Part shown: in pieces, positions 49,508 to 58,593 of the stretch
Position numbering within the stretch: position 1 is the first letter of the stretch
How the letters are laid out: every line of letters starts with the position of its first letter
From: a virus
DNA length: 64,000 nt
Direction: 5' to 3' (one strand)
Virus record (IMG/VR): IMGVR_UViG_3300010218_000004
Coordinates: 1 to 64,000 of that record
Position numbers and translations under genes: made by a program
The notes under the pieces: generated by a model
Databases searched by the model: none
Told to the model about the DNA's origin: nothing
What the model saw: only the letters and a program-made list of their open reading frames with translations

Positions 49508-52500
49508 ATGGGCCTCCTCGACCGCGTCAGCAAGGTGTTCGGGAACCGTCCGCCGGCCGACGTGCAGGCCGCTACGGACGTCGCGCAGATGGGGCCGACG
49601 AGCCCGTTCTCCCCGGGCGAGCCGATCAGCCCGTACGACGGGTACAGCCGCACGCCGCGGAGCAAGGACTACGTCACCGGGTACAACATCTCGGCGCGGC
49701 CGAAGGCGCATGAGCGGGTCAGCTACGAAACGCTGCGCGGCCTCATCGAGGCGTACGACGTCGCCCAGATGTGCATTTGGCACCGCATCGACTCCATCCG
49801 CGCCCTCGACTGGTCCCTCGTCCCGGCGCGCGGGTTCAGCGGCGACGCGGATGCAGCGATCGCGCAGGGCATGGCCGTCCTCGCGAAGCCGGACCGTAAG
49901 ACCCCGTTCGGGTCGTGGCTCGCCACCTGGCTGTACGACATCCTGGCGTACGACGCCGGCGCCCTCTACCGGCTCCGCAACCGCGGCGGCCGCGCGATCG
50001 GCCTCCGCGTCGTCGACGGCACGACGATTGCGCCGCTGCTCGACTACTGGGGCGACTCCCCGGCCGACCCGGCGCCGGCGTACGTGCAGTACGCGCAGGG
50101 CCTGCCCTGGTCGTGGCTCACCCGGAAAGACCTCATCTACGTCCCGTTCCGGCCCCGCTCCAACTCGCCGTATGGGTACGCCCCGCTTGAGTCGATCTTG
50201 CTCAATGCGAATACAGACTTGCGGTTTCAGGCGTACTTCCTCCAGCGGTTCACCGACGGGAACATCCCGGAGGCGTTCGCGTCGGCGCCGGAGACATGGA
50301 CGCCGCAGCAGATCGAGGAGTTTCAGGGCTACTGGGACGCCGCCATGTACGGCGACCAGGCCGCGAAGCACCAGATCCGATGGATGCCGGGCGGCGGCAA
50401 GATCGAATGGAGCAATGAGAAGGAGTTCTCCGACGCCTTCTCCCTGTTCCTGATGAGGAAGACGTGCGCGGCCTACCACATCGTGCCCGCCGACCTCGGG
50501 TTCACGGAGTCCGTCAACCGGTCCTCCGGTGAGACGCAGGCGGACGTGCAGCACCGCGTCGGCGACCTGCCCCTCGTCACCCACGTGCAGGACGTCCTCA
50601 CCGACTTCCTCCAGCACGACATGGGCCTCCCGGTCGAGTTCAGTTTCGACACCGGGCAGGAGAAAGAGGACCGGCTCACCCTCGCGCAGGCGTGGCAGAT
50701 CTACATTGAGTCCGGCATGGCCAGCCCCGACGAGGGCCGCGAGGAACTCCTCGGCCTGCCCGCCGACCCGCGGCAGCCCACGCCCCGCTTCTTCAACACC
50801 AGCCGGTCCGGGCCGGTTCCACTGCTGTCCATCATGGGCCTCGGCGGCCGCATCGACCCGGAGACGTACGCGCCGGCCGACGACCAGCCCATCCCCGCGC
50901 AGCCCGCGGTCCCGGCCCCCGGCACCGTCCCGGCGTCCGGCACCACGGACGCAGCATCGGCCGCGGCCGCTGAGGACGCCTACCGGTCCAGCGTGCACGA
51001 CGCCGTCCTCGCCAAGGAGGCGGCGGCCGCGGAGGGCATCACCACCGGCACCGGCCTCCACGGCTACGACCTCGACGAGGGGGAGGACGCCGACGATGTG
51101 GCCGAGCTGACCAAGGAGATGGCCGCGTTCCGGTCGTTCCGCAAGGCCCGCCGCCGCAACGGCGTGTGGCGCGACTTCGAGTTCCGGCACGTCGACGCCC
51201 GCACCGGCCGCCGCCTCAACCAGGCCGGCCGCGCGCGGCTACGGAAGGACGCCGGTGAGATCGCCTGTGCGGGCCTCGCCGTGCAGGCCCTCGACACCGG
51301 CCGCGTCCTCATGCTCCAGCGCGCCCTCGACCCGGACGACCCGGCCGGCGGAATGTGGGAGTTCCCCGGCGGACACCTCGAGGGTGAGGAGTCCGCGATC
51401 GCGGCCGCCGCCCGCGAATGGTCGGAGGAGACCGGGCTGATCCTGCCCTTCGACCCCGAGGCCATGGCCGCCCTGGCCTTCGGCAACGGCCGCGGGTGGA
51501 CGTCCGGCATCTACGCCGGGTACGTCTACCCGATCCGTTCCGAGTCGCTCCTCGACCTCGGCCGCCGCGACCAGGTGACCAACCCCGACGACCCCGACGG
51601 AGACATCGTCGAGGCCGTCGCCTGGTGGGAGCCCGCGCAACTGCGCGGCAACCCGGCCGTCCGCCCCGAACTCCTCGACGCGCTCGACGACGTCCTCACC
51701 GCCCTCGGCAGCGAGCCGGCAGGCCCGGAGGACGGCACGGAGGCCATGTGCCCGTGCGGGATGCCCGCACGGTTCGACGCCATGGACGGCTGGCAGCACC
51801 TCGACGGCTCCCACGGACACGACGACGACGAGTCGGTGGCGGAGAAGCTGGGGTTCGCGAAGGCGGCCCACCCAAAAGGTGACGGCGGCTCCGACCGGTG
51901 GCCCGGCTGGGCGATGGACCTCAAGGCCATCGCCCACTGGACGCCCCGGATCGTCGCCGCCCTCCGCGGCTCCGTCGCCGCACGCCGCCTCGTCGACGCC
52001 TGGCTCGCCCTCAACCCCCGCTCCACCGCCTCCCGTAAGGCGGACCGGCTGCGGGAGCTGAACGGGCAGGCGCAGAAGTGGCTGGAGAAGTACGCGCCCG
52101 ACGTCGAGGCGGCCCTCACCGACGTCCTCGGCGGTGTCTACGCCGACGGCTACCTCATCGGCCTCCTGTGCGCGGAGAACGTCACCGCAGGCGCGGCCAC
52201 CGCCATCGACTGGGGGGCCTGGACGCCGGGCGACACCGCCGCCGCCCGACTCCTCGCCGGCAGCCTCGGCGACGGCCGGGGCCTCGAGGCCCTGCTCCGC
52301 GACAGCGGCGTCACCATCCGCTCTATCGCCGCGAACCGGCTCAAGGCCCTCGGCATGATCCTCGCCGACGGCGCCGAACGCGGCGACAGCGTGGACACGA
52401 TCGCCTCCGCAATCCAAGGTCTGCTGTCCAACCCGTCCCGCGCCGAGATGATCGCGACGACGGAACTCAACCGGGCCGTATCGCGGGCGAGTCTCGGCTC

Positions 52501-52690
52501 CTACATCCGCAACGGCATCGACGCCGTCGAGTGGATCAGCGCCGGAGACGGCCGCGTCTGCAACATCTGCGCCGACAACGCCGACGGCGGCCCCCGCCCG
52601 CCCGGCGACTTCTTCCCCTCCGGTGTGACCGCACCGCCCGGGCACCCCTGGTGCCGCTGCGCCCTCGTGCCCGTGATCGGAGGCCCGTGA
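49508..52690 (+). CDS. Portal protein fused to a Nudix hydrolase domain and a MuF/SPP1-gp7-like head morphogenesis domain
   Basis: 1060 aa. The N-terminal ~470 aa are portal-like by position and size. A perfect Nudix box GGHLEGEESAIAAAAREWSEETGL lies at about 51.37-51.44 kb. The C-terminus MIATTELNRA...GDGRVCNICADN...PPGHPWCRCALVPV is the MuF motif. Confidence 0.8.
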   Translation: MGLLDRVSKVFGNRPPADVQAATDVAQMGPTSPFSPGEPISPYDGYSRTPRSKDYVTGYNISARPKAHERVSYETLRGLIEAYDVAQMCIWHRIDSIRALDWSLVPARGFSGDADAAIAQGMAVLAKPDRKTPFGSWLATWLYDILAYDAGALYRLRNRGGRAIGLRVVDGTTIAPLLDYWGDSPADPAPAYVQYAQGLPWSWLTRKDLIYVPFRPRSNSPYGYAPLESILLNANTDLRFQAYFLQRFTDGNIPEAFASAPETWTPQQIEEFQGYWDAAMYGDQAAKHQIRWMPGGGKIEWSNEKEFSDAFSLFLMRKTCAAYHIVPADLGFTESVNRSSGETQADVQHRVGDLPLVTHVQDVLTDFLQHDMGLPVEFSFDTGQEKEDRLTLAQAWQIYIESGMASPDEGREELLGLPADPRQPTPRFFNTSRSGPVPLLSIMGLGGRIDPETYAPADDQPIPAQPAVPAPGTVPASGTTDAASAAAAEDAYRSSVHDAVLAKEAAAAEGITTGTGLHGYDLDEGEDADDVAELTKEMAAFRSFRKARRRNGVWRDFEFRHVDARTGRRLNQAGRARLRKDAGEIACAGLAVQALDTGRVLMLQRALDPDDPAGGMWEFPGGHLEGEESAIAAAAREWSEETGLILPFDPEAMAALAFGNGRGWTSGIYAGYVYPIRSESLLDLGRRDQVTNPDDPDGDIVEAVAWWEPAQLRGNPAVRPELLDALDDVLTALGSEPAGPEDGTEAMCPCGMPARFDAMDGWQHLDGSHGHDDDESVAEKLGFAKAAHPKGDGGSDRWPGWAMDLKAIAHWTPRIVAALRGSVAARRLVDAWLALNPRSTASRKADRLRELNGQAQKWLEKYAPDVEAALTDVLGGVYADGYLIGLLCAENVTAGAATAIDWGAWTPGDTAAARLLAGSLGDGRGLEALLRDSGVTIRSIAANRLKALGMILADGAERGDSVDTIASAIQGLLSNPSRAEMIATTELNRAVSRASLGSYIRNGIDAVEWISAGDGRVCNICADNADGGPRPPGDFFPSGVTAPPGHPWCRCALVPVIGGP

Positions 52691-53067
52691 TGTCCGACGA
52701 ACAGCGTTACGTCCTCGGTGTCGCCTACCAGGCCGGCCCCGACCCCATGATCAAGCGGGGTGCGGACGGCGGCCGCGACTACTTCTCCCCGGAGGAGTTG
52801 GAGAAGGCCGCGTGGCGGTTCCTGCAAAACGGGCCCGAGAGCGGCCTGTTCCACGCCGACGGCACCGAGGGCGCCGCCACGGTCGTCGAGTCGTACATCT
52901 ACCGCGGCCCCGACTGGGACATCGGTAACGGCGTCGTCGTCAAGGCGGGGGACTGGCTCGTCGGCGCGATCCTCGACGAACACGCCTGGCAGCTCTACAA
53001 GTCCGGGCGCGTCACCGGCTGGTCCCCGCAGGGCTCGGCGCGCCGTATCACCCCACGGAGTAGCTGA
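52690..53067 (+). CDS. XkdF-like putative prohead serine protease domain protein
   Basis: VLGVAYQAG.PD......FSPEELEKAAWRFL....GLFHADGTEGAATVVESYIY...W..G.W..G...D...W......G...G.S..G fits the XkdF (S78-like) pattern. Confidence 0.55.
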   Translation: MSDEQRYVLGVAYQAGPDPMIKRGADGGRDYFSPEELEKAAWRFLQNGPESGLFHADGTEGAATVVESYIYRGPDWDIGNGVVVKAGDWLVGAILDEHAWQLYKSGRVTGWSPQGSARRITPRSS

Positions 53068-54683
53068 TGCCCCAGACCCCCGACGCCGACCCGTTCACCG
53101 AACTCGTCGACGCCAACATCGACCGCGTCGACCTCGTCGACAAGGCCGCGAACGGCCTGCCGTTCCTCATGGCCAAGTCCGCCGAGGACGGCGGCCCGGC
53201 CGGCCTCATCGACCCGGACCTCGTCCGCGGCCTCATCGGGAAGACCGCGGCACCCGAACCGGCGGCCGCCGCCGACACGGTGACGATGACCGGCAGCCCG
53301 GGCGCGATCGCCCGACTCATCCACGAGGCCGCCGTCCGTAAGGACGCCGAGACGGCCGACCCCATCGCGAAGGACGCGGACGCCATGCCCGACACCGAGC
53401 TGGACCCCACCACGGTCCTCGCCGAGCCCACCGAGTCGGCCCCGGGCGACGCCAACACCCCCGGCAGCCCGGCGTGGGAGGCCGTCGACGCGGCCACCGC
53501 CCGCAAGTGGACGTCCATCCTGTCCCGGGCGAAGGCCGCACTCGGCGTCATGGCCGACCGTGAGGCCCTGGAGGCCGCCGCCGGCGACGACTGCGACCTC
53601 GACAACGCGTTCGAGCTCGACGACGCCGCCTGCGCCATCGACTACGCGATCAGCGTCCTCGCACCTTTCGCGGTCGATGAGGAGGCCGAGGTCGTACGCG
53701 GCACCGCCGAACTCGGCGCCGTCGGCAAGGCCCTCGCCGACCTGCCCGGGCCGCTGGAGGTCATCGAGTCCCTCGGCCAGGTGCAGAAGGCCGGCCGTGC
53801 CCTGTCCGCCGCGAACGAGCAGGCCATCCGCACGGCCGTCGAGTCCCTCCAGAAGGTGCTCGCCTCCCTCCCGGCCGCCCCCGACACCCAGGAGAGCGGC
53901 CGCCCGGTCGCCAAGAAGGAGCGCGACATGCAGCCGGAGACCGGCACCGCATCCGAGACCACCATCGAGACCCCGGCTGCGGCCGTCGTCGACCCGGTCG
54001 GCAAGGCCGACGGCGAGGGCGAGGGCAAGCCGGCGATGGTCGCCGTCTACGACGCCAAGGGCAAGCTCGTCGGCATCGTCTCCCCGGACGAGATCACCCC
54101 GATCTCCGGGGCCGACGCCGCCGAGGAGAAGCCGGAGGAGCCGGAGACGCCCGCGGCCGCGGACCTCGAGCCCGCACCGGCCGCCGCCGTCGGCACGCCC
54201 TCCGGTGAGGGCGTGGCCAAGGAGGCCGACACCCCCGCCGACCCCGACGCCGCCGCCGGCGACGTCACCAAGAGCACCACCGACACCGACACCGACTCGG
54301 ACGACGTACTCAAGAGCAGCGACCTCCGTGAGCTGGTCAAGGGCCTGCTCGACGAACACAGCGCCACTCAGGCGGCACAGCTCACCAAGACCGGTGAGGC
54401 CGTCCTGGAACTGGCGGGCGTCGTCGAGACCCTCAAGGGCCGACTCACCGCGGTCGAGGAGCAGCCCGCCGAGCCCAAGGTGTTCGCCAACGGAGCCGTA
54501 CCGCCCGCGCACATGCTGCGCGGTCAGGACCACGGCGCCGCCCCCGTCGACATGGCCAAGGCCGCCGAACTGCGCAAGGGGCTCTACAGCCACAGCGCGG
54601 GCGAGCAGAACGAGGCCGCCGTGGCCATGCAGGGCGCCGCCATCGAGGCCCTCGCGGCGATCCACCGCGGCGGCGCGCGCTAG
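53067..54683 (+). CDS. Scaffolding-like acidic protein
   Basis: ATGA coupling to the preceding gene. N-terminal VDLVDKAANGLPFL motif, very acidic and Ala/Pro/Glu-rich, lying just upstream of the capsid gene. Confidence 0.6.
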   Translation: MPQTPDADPFTELVDANIDRVDLVDKAANGLPFLMAKSAEDGGPAGLIDPDLVRGLIGKTAAPEPAAAADTVTMTGSPGAIARLIHEAAVRKDAETADPIAKDADAMPDTELDPTTVLAEPTESAPGDANTPGSPAWEAVDAATARKWTSILSRAKAALGVMADREALEAAAGDDCDLDNAFELDDAACAIDYAISVLAPFAVDEEAEVVRGTAELGAVGKALADLPGPLEVIESLGQVQKAGRALSAANEQAIRTAVESLQKVLASLPAAPDTQESGRPVAKKERDMQPETGTASETTIETPAAAVVDPVGKADGEGEGKPAMVAVYDAKGKLVGIVSPDEITPISGADAAEEKPEEPETPAAADLEPAPAAAVGTPSGEGVAKEADTPADPDAAAGDVTKSTTDTDTDSDDVLKSSDLRELVKGLLDEHSATQAAQLTKTGEAVLELAGVVETLKGRLTAVEEQPAEPKVFANGAVPPAHMLRGQDHGAAPVDMAKAAELRKGLYSHSAGEQNEAAVAMQGAAIEALAAIHRGGAR

Positions 54684-54720
54684 GCGCCCCGCCCGCTCCT
54701 CCCCACACAAGACCCCCGAA

Positions 54721-54750
54721 CCCCCGGACGCGTGACGCGCCGGGGGTTTT
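54721..54750 (+). terminator. Hairpin plus TTTT upstream of the capsid gene
   Basis: CCCCCGG(A)CGCG-TGA-CGCGCCGGGGG followed by TTTT. Confidence 0.55.
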
Positions 54751-54771
54751 CGCATGCCCAGGAGGCACCCC

Positions 54772-56268
54772 TTGAGCGCTGCGCTCGAAAACGTCACCGA
54801 GGAGACCCTGGCGAACATCGCCAAGGCCCAGACCACCGGCATCATGGAGTCGACGGGTTTCTACTCGTACGACCTCTCCGGGCTGGTCTCCCTCATCCCG
54901 GTCGTCACCCCGTTCCGCGACCGGGTCGCCCGCGTCCGGAGCAAGGACGGTAACCCGTACGCGGTGTGGAGGGCGATCCTCGACACCACGGCCTCGCAGC
55001 CCGACCCGTCCATGGGCTTCGACTACGCGGCCAACGAGGTCATCTTCTCCGAGCAGGACTTCCAGGCGAAGTACAAGCCGACGGGCCTGGCCGGTATGGC
55101 CACGCAGGACGCGTTCGACATGGCCACCGGCTACGCCGACCCGTTCCAGGTCGCCACCTTCCAGACCCTCAACCAGGTTCTGATCGGCGACGACCGCAAG
55201 CTGATCGGCGCGCAGTCGTTCGCGCTGGCCCGGCCGGCCGCGCCGACCATCGTGCAGGCCGCGACCGGAGGCACCATCGGTGCCGCCACCGTGTACGTCG
55301 GTGTCGCCGCCCGTACCGGCTCCGGCTACTACTACGGCTCGGGCAACTCCCAGGGCAACAGCGCGTCGACCACGTTCGCGTCGGGCTCGACGAACAGCCT
55401 GACCGCGACCGTCGGCGCGGTCCGCGGCGCCGTCTGCTACGACTGGTTCCAGTCGGCGAACGGCACGACCTGGTACTACTACACGACCACCACGGTCAAC
55501 ACCGTGTCGATGACCAAGGTCATCGGCGCTGACCAGGCCCTGCCGTCGGGCATCGCGGTCCCGGACCTCACCAGCAACTGGAAGGGCGTCCTCGGCGCCA
55601 AGCCCACGTTCAACGCGGCCGCCGACAACGGCAGTGCGAACGCCAACGACTACGACGGCTTCCTGTCGACGTTGTCGGGCGACTACAACGGCAACGGCCA
55701 GTGGGTGCAGCCCGGCACCGGCACCGCGAACCCGTCGGTCTTCAAGTCGCTGGACGGCGCCGCTCTGACGCTGACCGGCGGCACCGTGGCGGAGATCGAG
55801 AACTACGTGTTCCTGCCGCTGTGGAACCAGATCAAGGCGTCTCCGACCGCGCTCATGATGAACGCGGCGCAGGCGCAGGAGATCGCGAACCTGGTCCTGT
55901 CGTCGTCGTCCGCGACTACGTTCCTCAACACCGACTCCAGCGGTCGCATCAGTGTGACCGCGGGCGGCCGGGTCGGGGAGATCGTCAACGCCCCGGCGGG
56001 CGGCGTCACCGTCCCGATCGAGGTTCACACCTCCCTGCCCCCGGGCACGATCATCGCCCGCACCGACCGGGTGCCCTTCCCCAACGCAAACATCTCCAAC
56101 GTCCTGGAGTACCGGAACCTGCGTGACTGCGCGCAGTTCGACTACGGCATCAACCGCAACGCCGGCGTTGCCGGCGGCGGTCCGCGCCGGGAGTTCGAGA
56201 TCCGGTCCGTGGGTGCGTTCGTGAACCGCGCTCCGGTCGCCATGGCGACCCTGTCCAACGTCGGCTAG
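54772..56268 (+). CDS. Major capsid protein
   Basis: TTG six nt after a GGAGG RBS (ATG 54754 is the alternative). The call rests on its position after the scaffold and on its size. Confidence 0.7.
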   Translation: MSAALENVTEETLANIAKAQTTGIMESTGFYSYDLSGLVSLIPVVTPFRDRVARVRSKDGNPYAVWRAILDTTASQPDPSMGFDYAANEVIFSEQDFQAKYKPTGLAGMATQDAFDMATGYADPFQVATFQTLNQVLIGDDRKLIGAQSFALARPAAPTIVQAATGGTIGAATVYVGVAARTGSGYYYGSGNSQGNSASTTFASGSTNSLTATVGAVRGAVCYDWFQSANGTTWYYYTTTTVNTVSMTKVIGADQALPSGIAVPDLTSNWKGVLGAKPTFNAAADNGSANANDYDGFLSTLSGDYNGNGQWVQPGTGTANPSVFKSLDGAALTLTGGTVAEIENYVFLPLWNQIKASPTALMMNAAQAQEIANLVLSSSSATTFLNTDSSGRISVTAGGRVGEIVNAPAGGVTVPIEVHTSLPPGTIIARTDRVPFPNANISNVLEYRNLRDCAQFDYGINRNAGVAGGGPRREFEIRSVGAFVNRAPVAMATLSNVG

Positions 56269-56280
56269 ACCGCGCCCGTC

Positions 56281-56308
56281 GGGGCCCCGCAGCGTGCTGC
56301 GGGGCCCC
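56281..56308 (+). terminator. Hairpin after the capsid gene
   Basis: GGGGCCCCGC / GCGGGGCCCC. Confidence 0.5.
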
Positions 56309-56346
56309 ACCCCGGACCGACCCCCTCACCCCTGATTGGAGCAGGC

Positions 56347-56763
56347 ATGCGCCTGTACTCACGAACCGGCGCGACGCGTCTCGACGACCCCGAGTACGGC
56401 ACCTTCGACGCCGACGACGCGGGCGGGTTCGACTTCCCCGACGACGTCTCCGACCGGCTCATCGGCTTCCACGTGGCCGGCAAGCCGATGTGGGAGAACG
56501 ACATCCAGCGGCAGCAGCGCCTCATCAGCGAGGAGCTGGAGCGGCGCAAGGACCCGGCGACGCTCCTCGGCGCGGTCGAGGCCCTCGTCAAGGCGGCCGG
56601 TGCCGCCGGCGCGCTCACCGCCGCGGCCGCGAACGCCCAGACCGGCGCCCAGGCGCTCGCCGACACCCTCCAGACCGCGCCTCCGGCCGCCCCCGCTGCC
56701 GAGCCCGCTCCGGCCGCGGCGAAGACGCCCCGGAAGCGCGCCCCCAAGACGCCCGCCCAGTAA
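56347..56763 (+). CDS. Hypothetical head-region protein
   Basis: ORF track entry. Confidence 0.6.
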   Translation: MRLYSRTGATRLDDPEYGTFDADDAGGFDFPDDVSDRLIGFHVAGKPMWENDIQRQQRLISEELERRKDPATLLGAVEALVKAAGAAGALTAAAANAQTGAQALADTLQTAPPAAPAAEPAPAAAKTPRKRAPKTPAQ

Positions 56764-56789
56764 CCCGGCAGTGGAGGAGGTGACCGCTC

Positions 56790-57635
56790 ATGCCTGTCAC
56801 CCCGTACGTGACCGCCGCCGAGTTCACCGCCCACCCCACCTACCTCGACCTCGACGACCTCCGGTCGGGCATCCCGAGCACGGACGCGCAGACGGCTGAG
56901 CTGACGAACATCCTGCTCATGTCGTCCGCGTTCGCCGACGAGCACTGCAACCAGCCGCTCGGCGCGCACCAGGTGCGGCACCGCACCACGGGGTACATCG
57001 ACCGGGCCGGGAACCTCGTCGTCTTCCCGGGCGACCGGCCCGTCCGCAGCGTTGAGGCGGTCTCCTACGGCCTGTTCCCCAACCTGACGACGGTGTCCGC
57101 GCCGACGTACCGGGTCGATGCGAACCAGACGATCCGTGTGCACGTCGGGCAGGGCGCGGTGCGCGGCCGCGTCGACGTCGACCTGACGTACACCGCCGGC
57201 TGGGTGTCCACGTTGCTCACGGAGGACGCCGTCGACGGGGTGACGTCGTTGACCGTCGCCGACCCCACTGGCATCCTGCCCGGCGACTCCTACCGCCTGT
57301 GGGAGCCCGGCAGTGAGGAGACGGTGACCGTCGCCGCCTCCTACGCGCCGCCTCCGGTCACCGCCCCGCCGACAGTGACCGCGGTCCCGCTCGCCGCCCC
57401 GACGCGGTTCGCCCACACGGCCGGGTCCGGCTGGTCCGGCATGCCCGGGGATATGCGCCTGGCCGTCGTCAACTACACGATCAGTCAGTTGATGCGGCCC
57501 GACACGGCAGCCGAGGACTCCTACCCGGACACGTCGCTCGCCTCCGGCACCCGGGAGCAGGACAGCCGCAAGGACGGATCGGGTCTCGTCCGGGAGGCCG
57601 AGCGTCTCCTCAACCCGTTCGCGAGGCGCATGTGA
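56790..57635 (+). CDS. Head-tail connector/adaptor (gp6-like N-terminus)
   Basis: YVTAAEFTAHPTYLDLDDL resembles the gp6-like connector N-terminus, and the position fits. Confidence 0.5.
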   Translation: MPVTPYVTAAEFTAHPTYLDLDDLRSGIPSTDAQTAELTNILLMSSAFADEHCNQPLGAHQVRHRTTGYIDRAGNLVVFPGDRPVRSVEAVSYGLFPNLTTVSAPTYRVDANQTIRVHVGQGAVRGRVDVDLTYTAGWVSTLLTEDAVDGVTSLTVADPTGILPGDSYRLWEPGSEETVTVAASYAPPPVTAPPTVTAVPLAAPTRFAHTAGSGWSGMPGDMRLAVVNYTISQLMRPDTAAEDSYPDTSLASGTREQDSRKDGSGLVREAERLLNPFARRM

Positions 57636-58168
57636 GCGTACAGACCGCCCTCGACGGCATGTGCCGCTACTTCGGCGGCCCGTACGACGAGGTGACCCGC
57701 ACCTACCGGTCCTCGCCTCTCGTGCAGTACGGCGTCGGTGTCGTCCGTCGCGCCTGGCCGAAGAGGGACGACCACAACGACTACTTCAACGGGCAGGAGC
57801 CGGGCGCCCGCACCGGCTGCCAGATGGTGGTCTGGATTCCCCGGCACAGCGAACGCCGGGTCGCGCTCGGCGGCGAGCACGGCGGCATGAAGCAGATCAC
57901 GTATGAGGTCGTCCTCAACCTCTACATCCGCTCCCGCTGCGAATACGCCGAGGACGCCCAGGACGACGTCTACGCCCTCCGTGACGCGGTCATCGCGCAT
58001 ATGCGTGAGGACCGGACCCTCGGCGGCGCGGTGTTCCAGGCGGGCGAGCACACCTCCGACGGCATGGACGGCATCGACTTCCGGCAGGCGCAGCCGGAGA
58101 CGAAGGCTGAGATCACCAAGTCGTTCCTAGAGATCACCTTCGCGGCCATCGAGTTCGTCAGCGCCTGA
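57632..58168 (+). CDS. Neck or tail-terminator-like protein
   Basis: GTGA coupling to the preceding gene. The call rests on position only. Confidence 0.4.
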   Translation: MSVQTALDGMCRYFGGPYDEVTRTYRSSPLVQYGVGVVRRAWPKRDDHNDYFNGQEPGARTGCQMVVWIPRHSERRVALGGEHGGMKQITYEVVLNLYIRSRCEYAEDAQDDVYALRDAVIAHMREDRTLGGAVFQAGEHTSDGMDGIDFRQAQPETKAEITKSFLEITFAAIEFVSA

Positions 58169-58230
58169 CCGGCCACGCCGCCGCGCCCCCTCGCCACCTG
58201 TCCCCCCTTTCCTCTGCCTGCGGAGTCCGC

Positions 58231-58590
58231 ATGCCTACTGCCAAGTCCCCCCGGGACGCCGAGCCGACCCCGCAGCCGACGGAGGCCGCGGGGTCGGTCG
58301 TTGAGACCCCCGTCGAGGCGCCCGTCGAGGAGCCCGCCGCGGTCGAGCCGTCCGGGCCGCCGCCCGGTGTGTACGAGTACACGTACTTCGCCGACTGCAC
58401 GTACCCGCACGTGCCGCTCACCGCGCGCGCTGCCTGCTCGGCCGTCTCCGGTCCCGACGGCCACCCCGCCATCGCCGCGACCGTCTTCGACTGGCCGTTC
58501 GGGCCGCCCGACGACGGCCGCTGGGCGCCCACGAAGAAGAAGCCGAACCAGGCCGCGGACAACTGCCCGGCTCTCAGCAGCGAGGAGTAA
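58231..58590 (+). CDS. Hypothetical protein
   Basis: ORF track entry. Confidence 0.55.
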   Translation: MPTAKSPRDAEPTPQPTEAAGSVVETPVEAPVEEPAAVEPSGPPPGVYEYTYFADCTYPHVPLTARAACSAVSGPDGHPAIAATVFDWPFGPPDDGRWAPTKKKPNQAADNCPALSSEE

Positions 58591-58593
58591 CCG

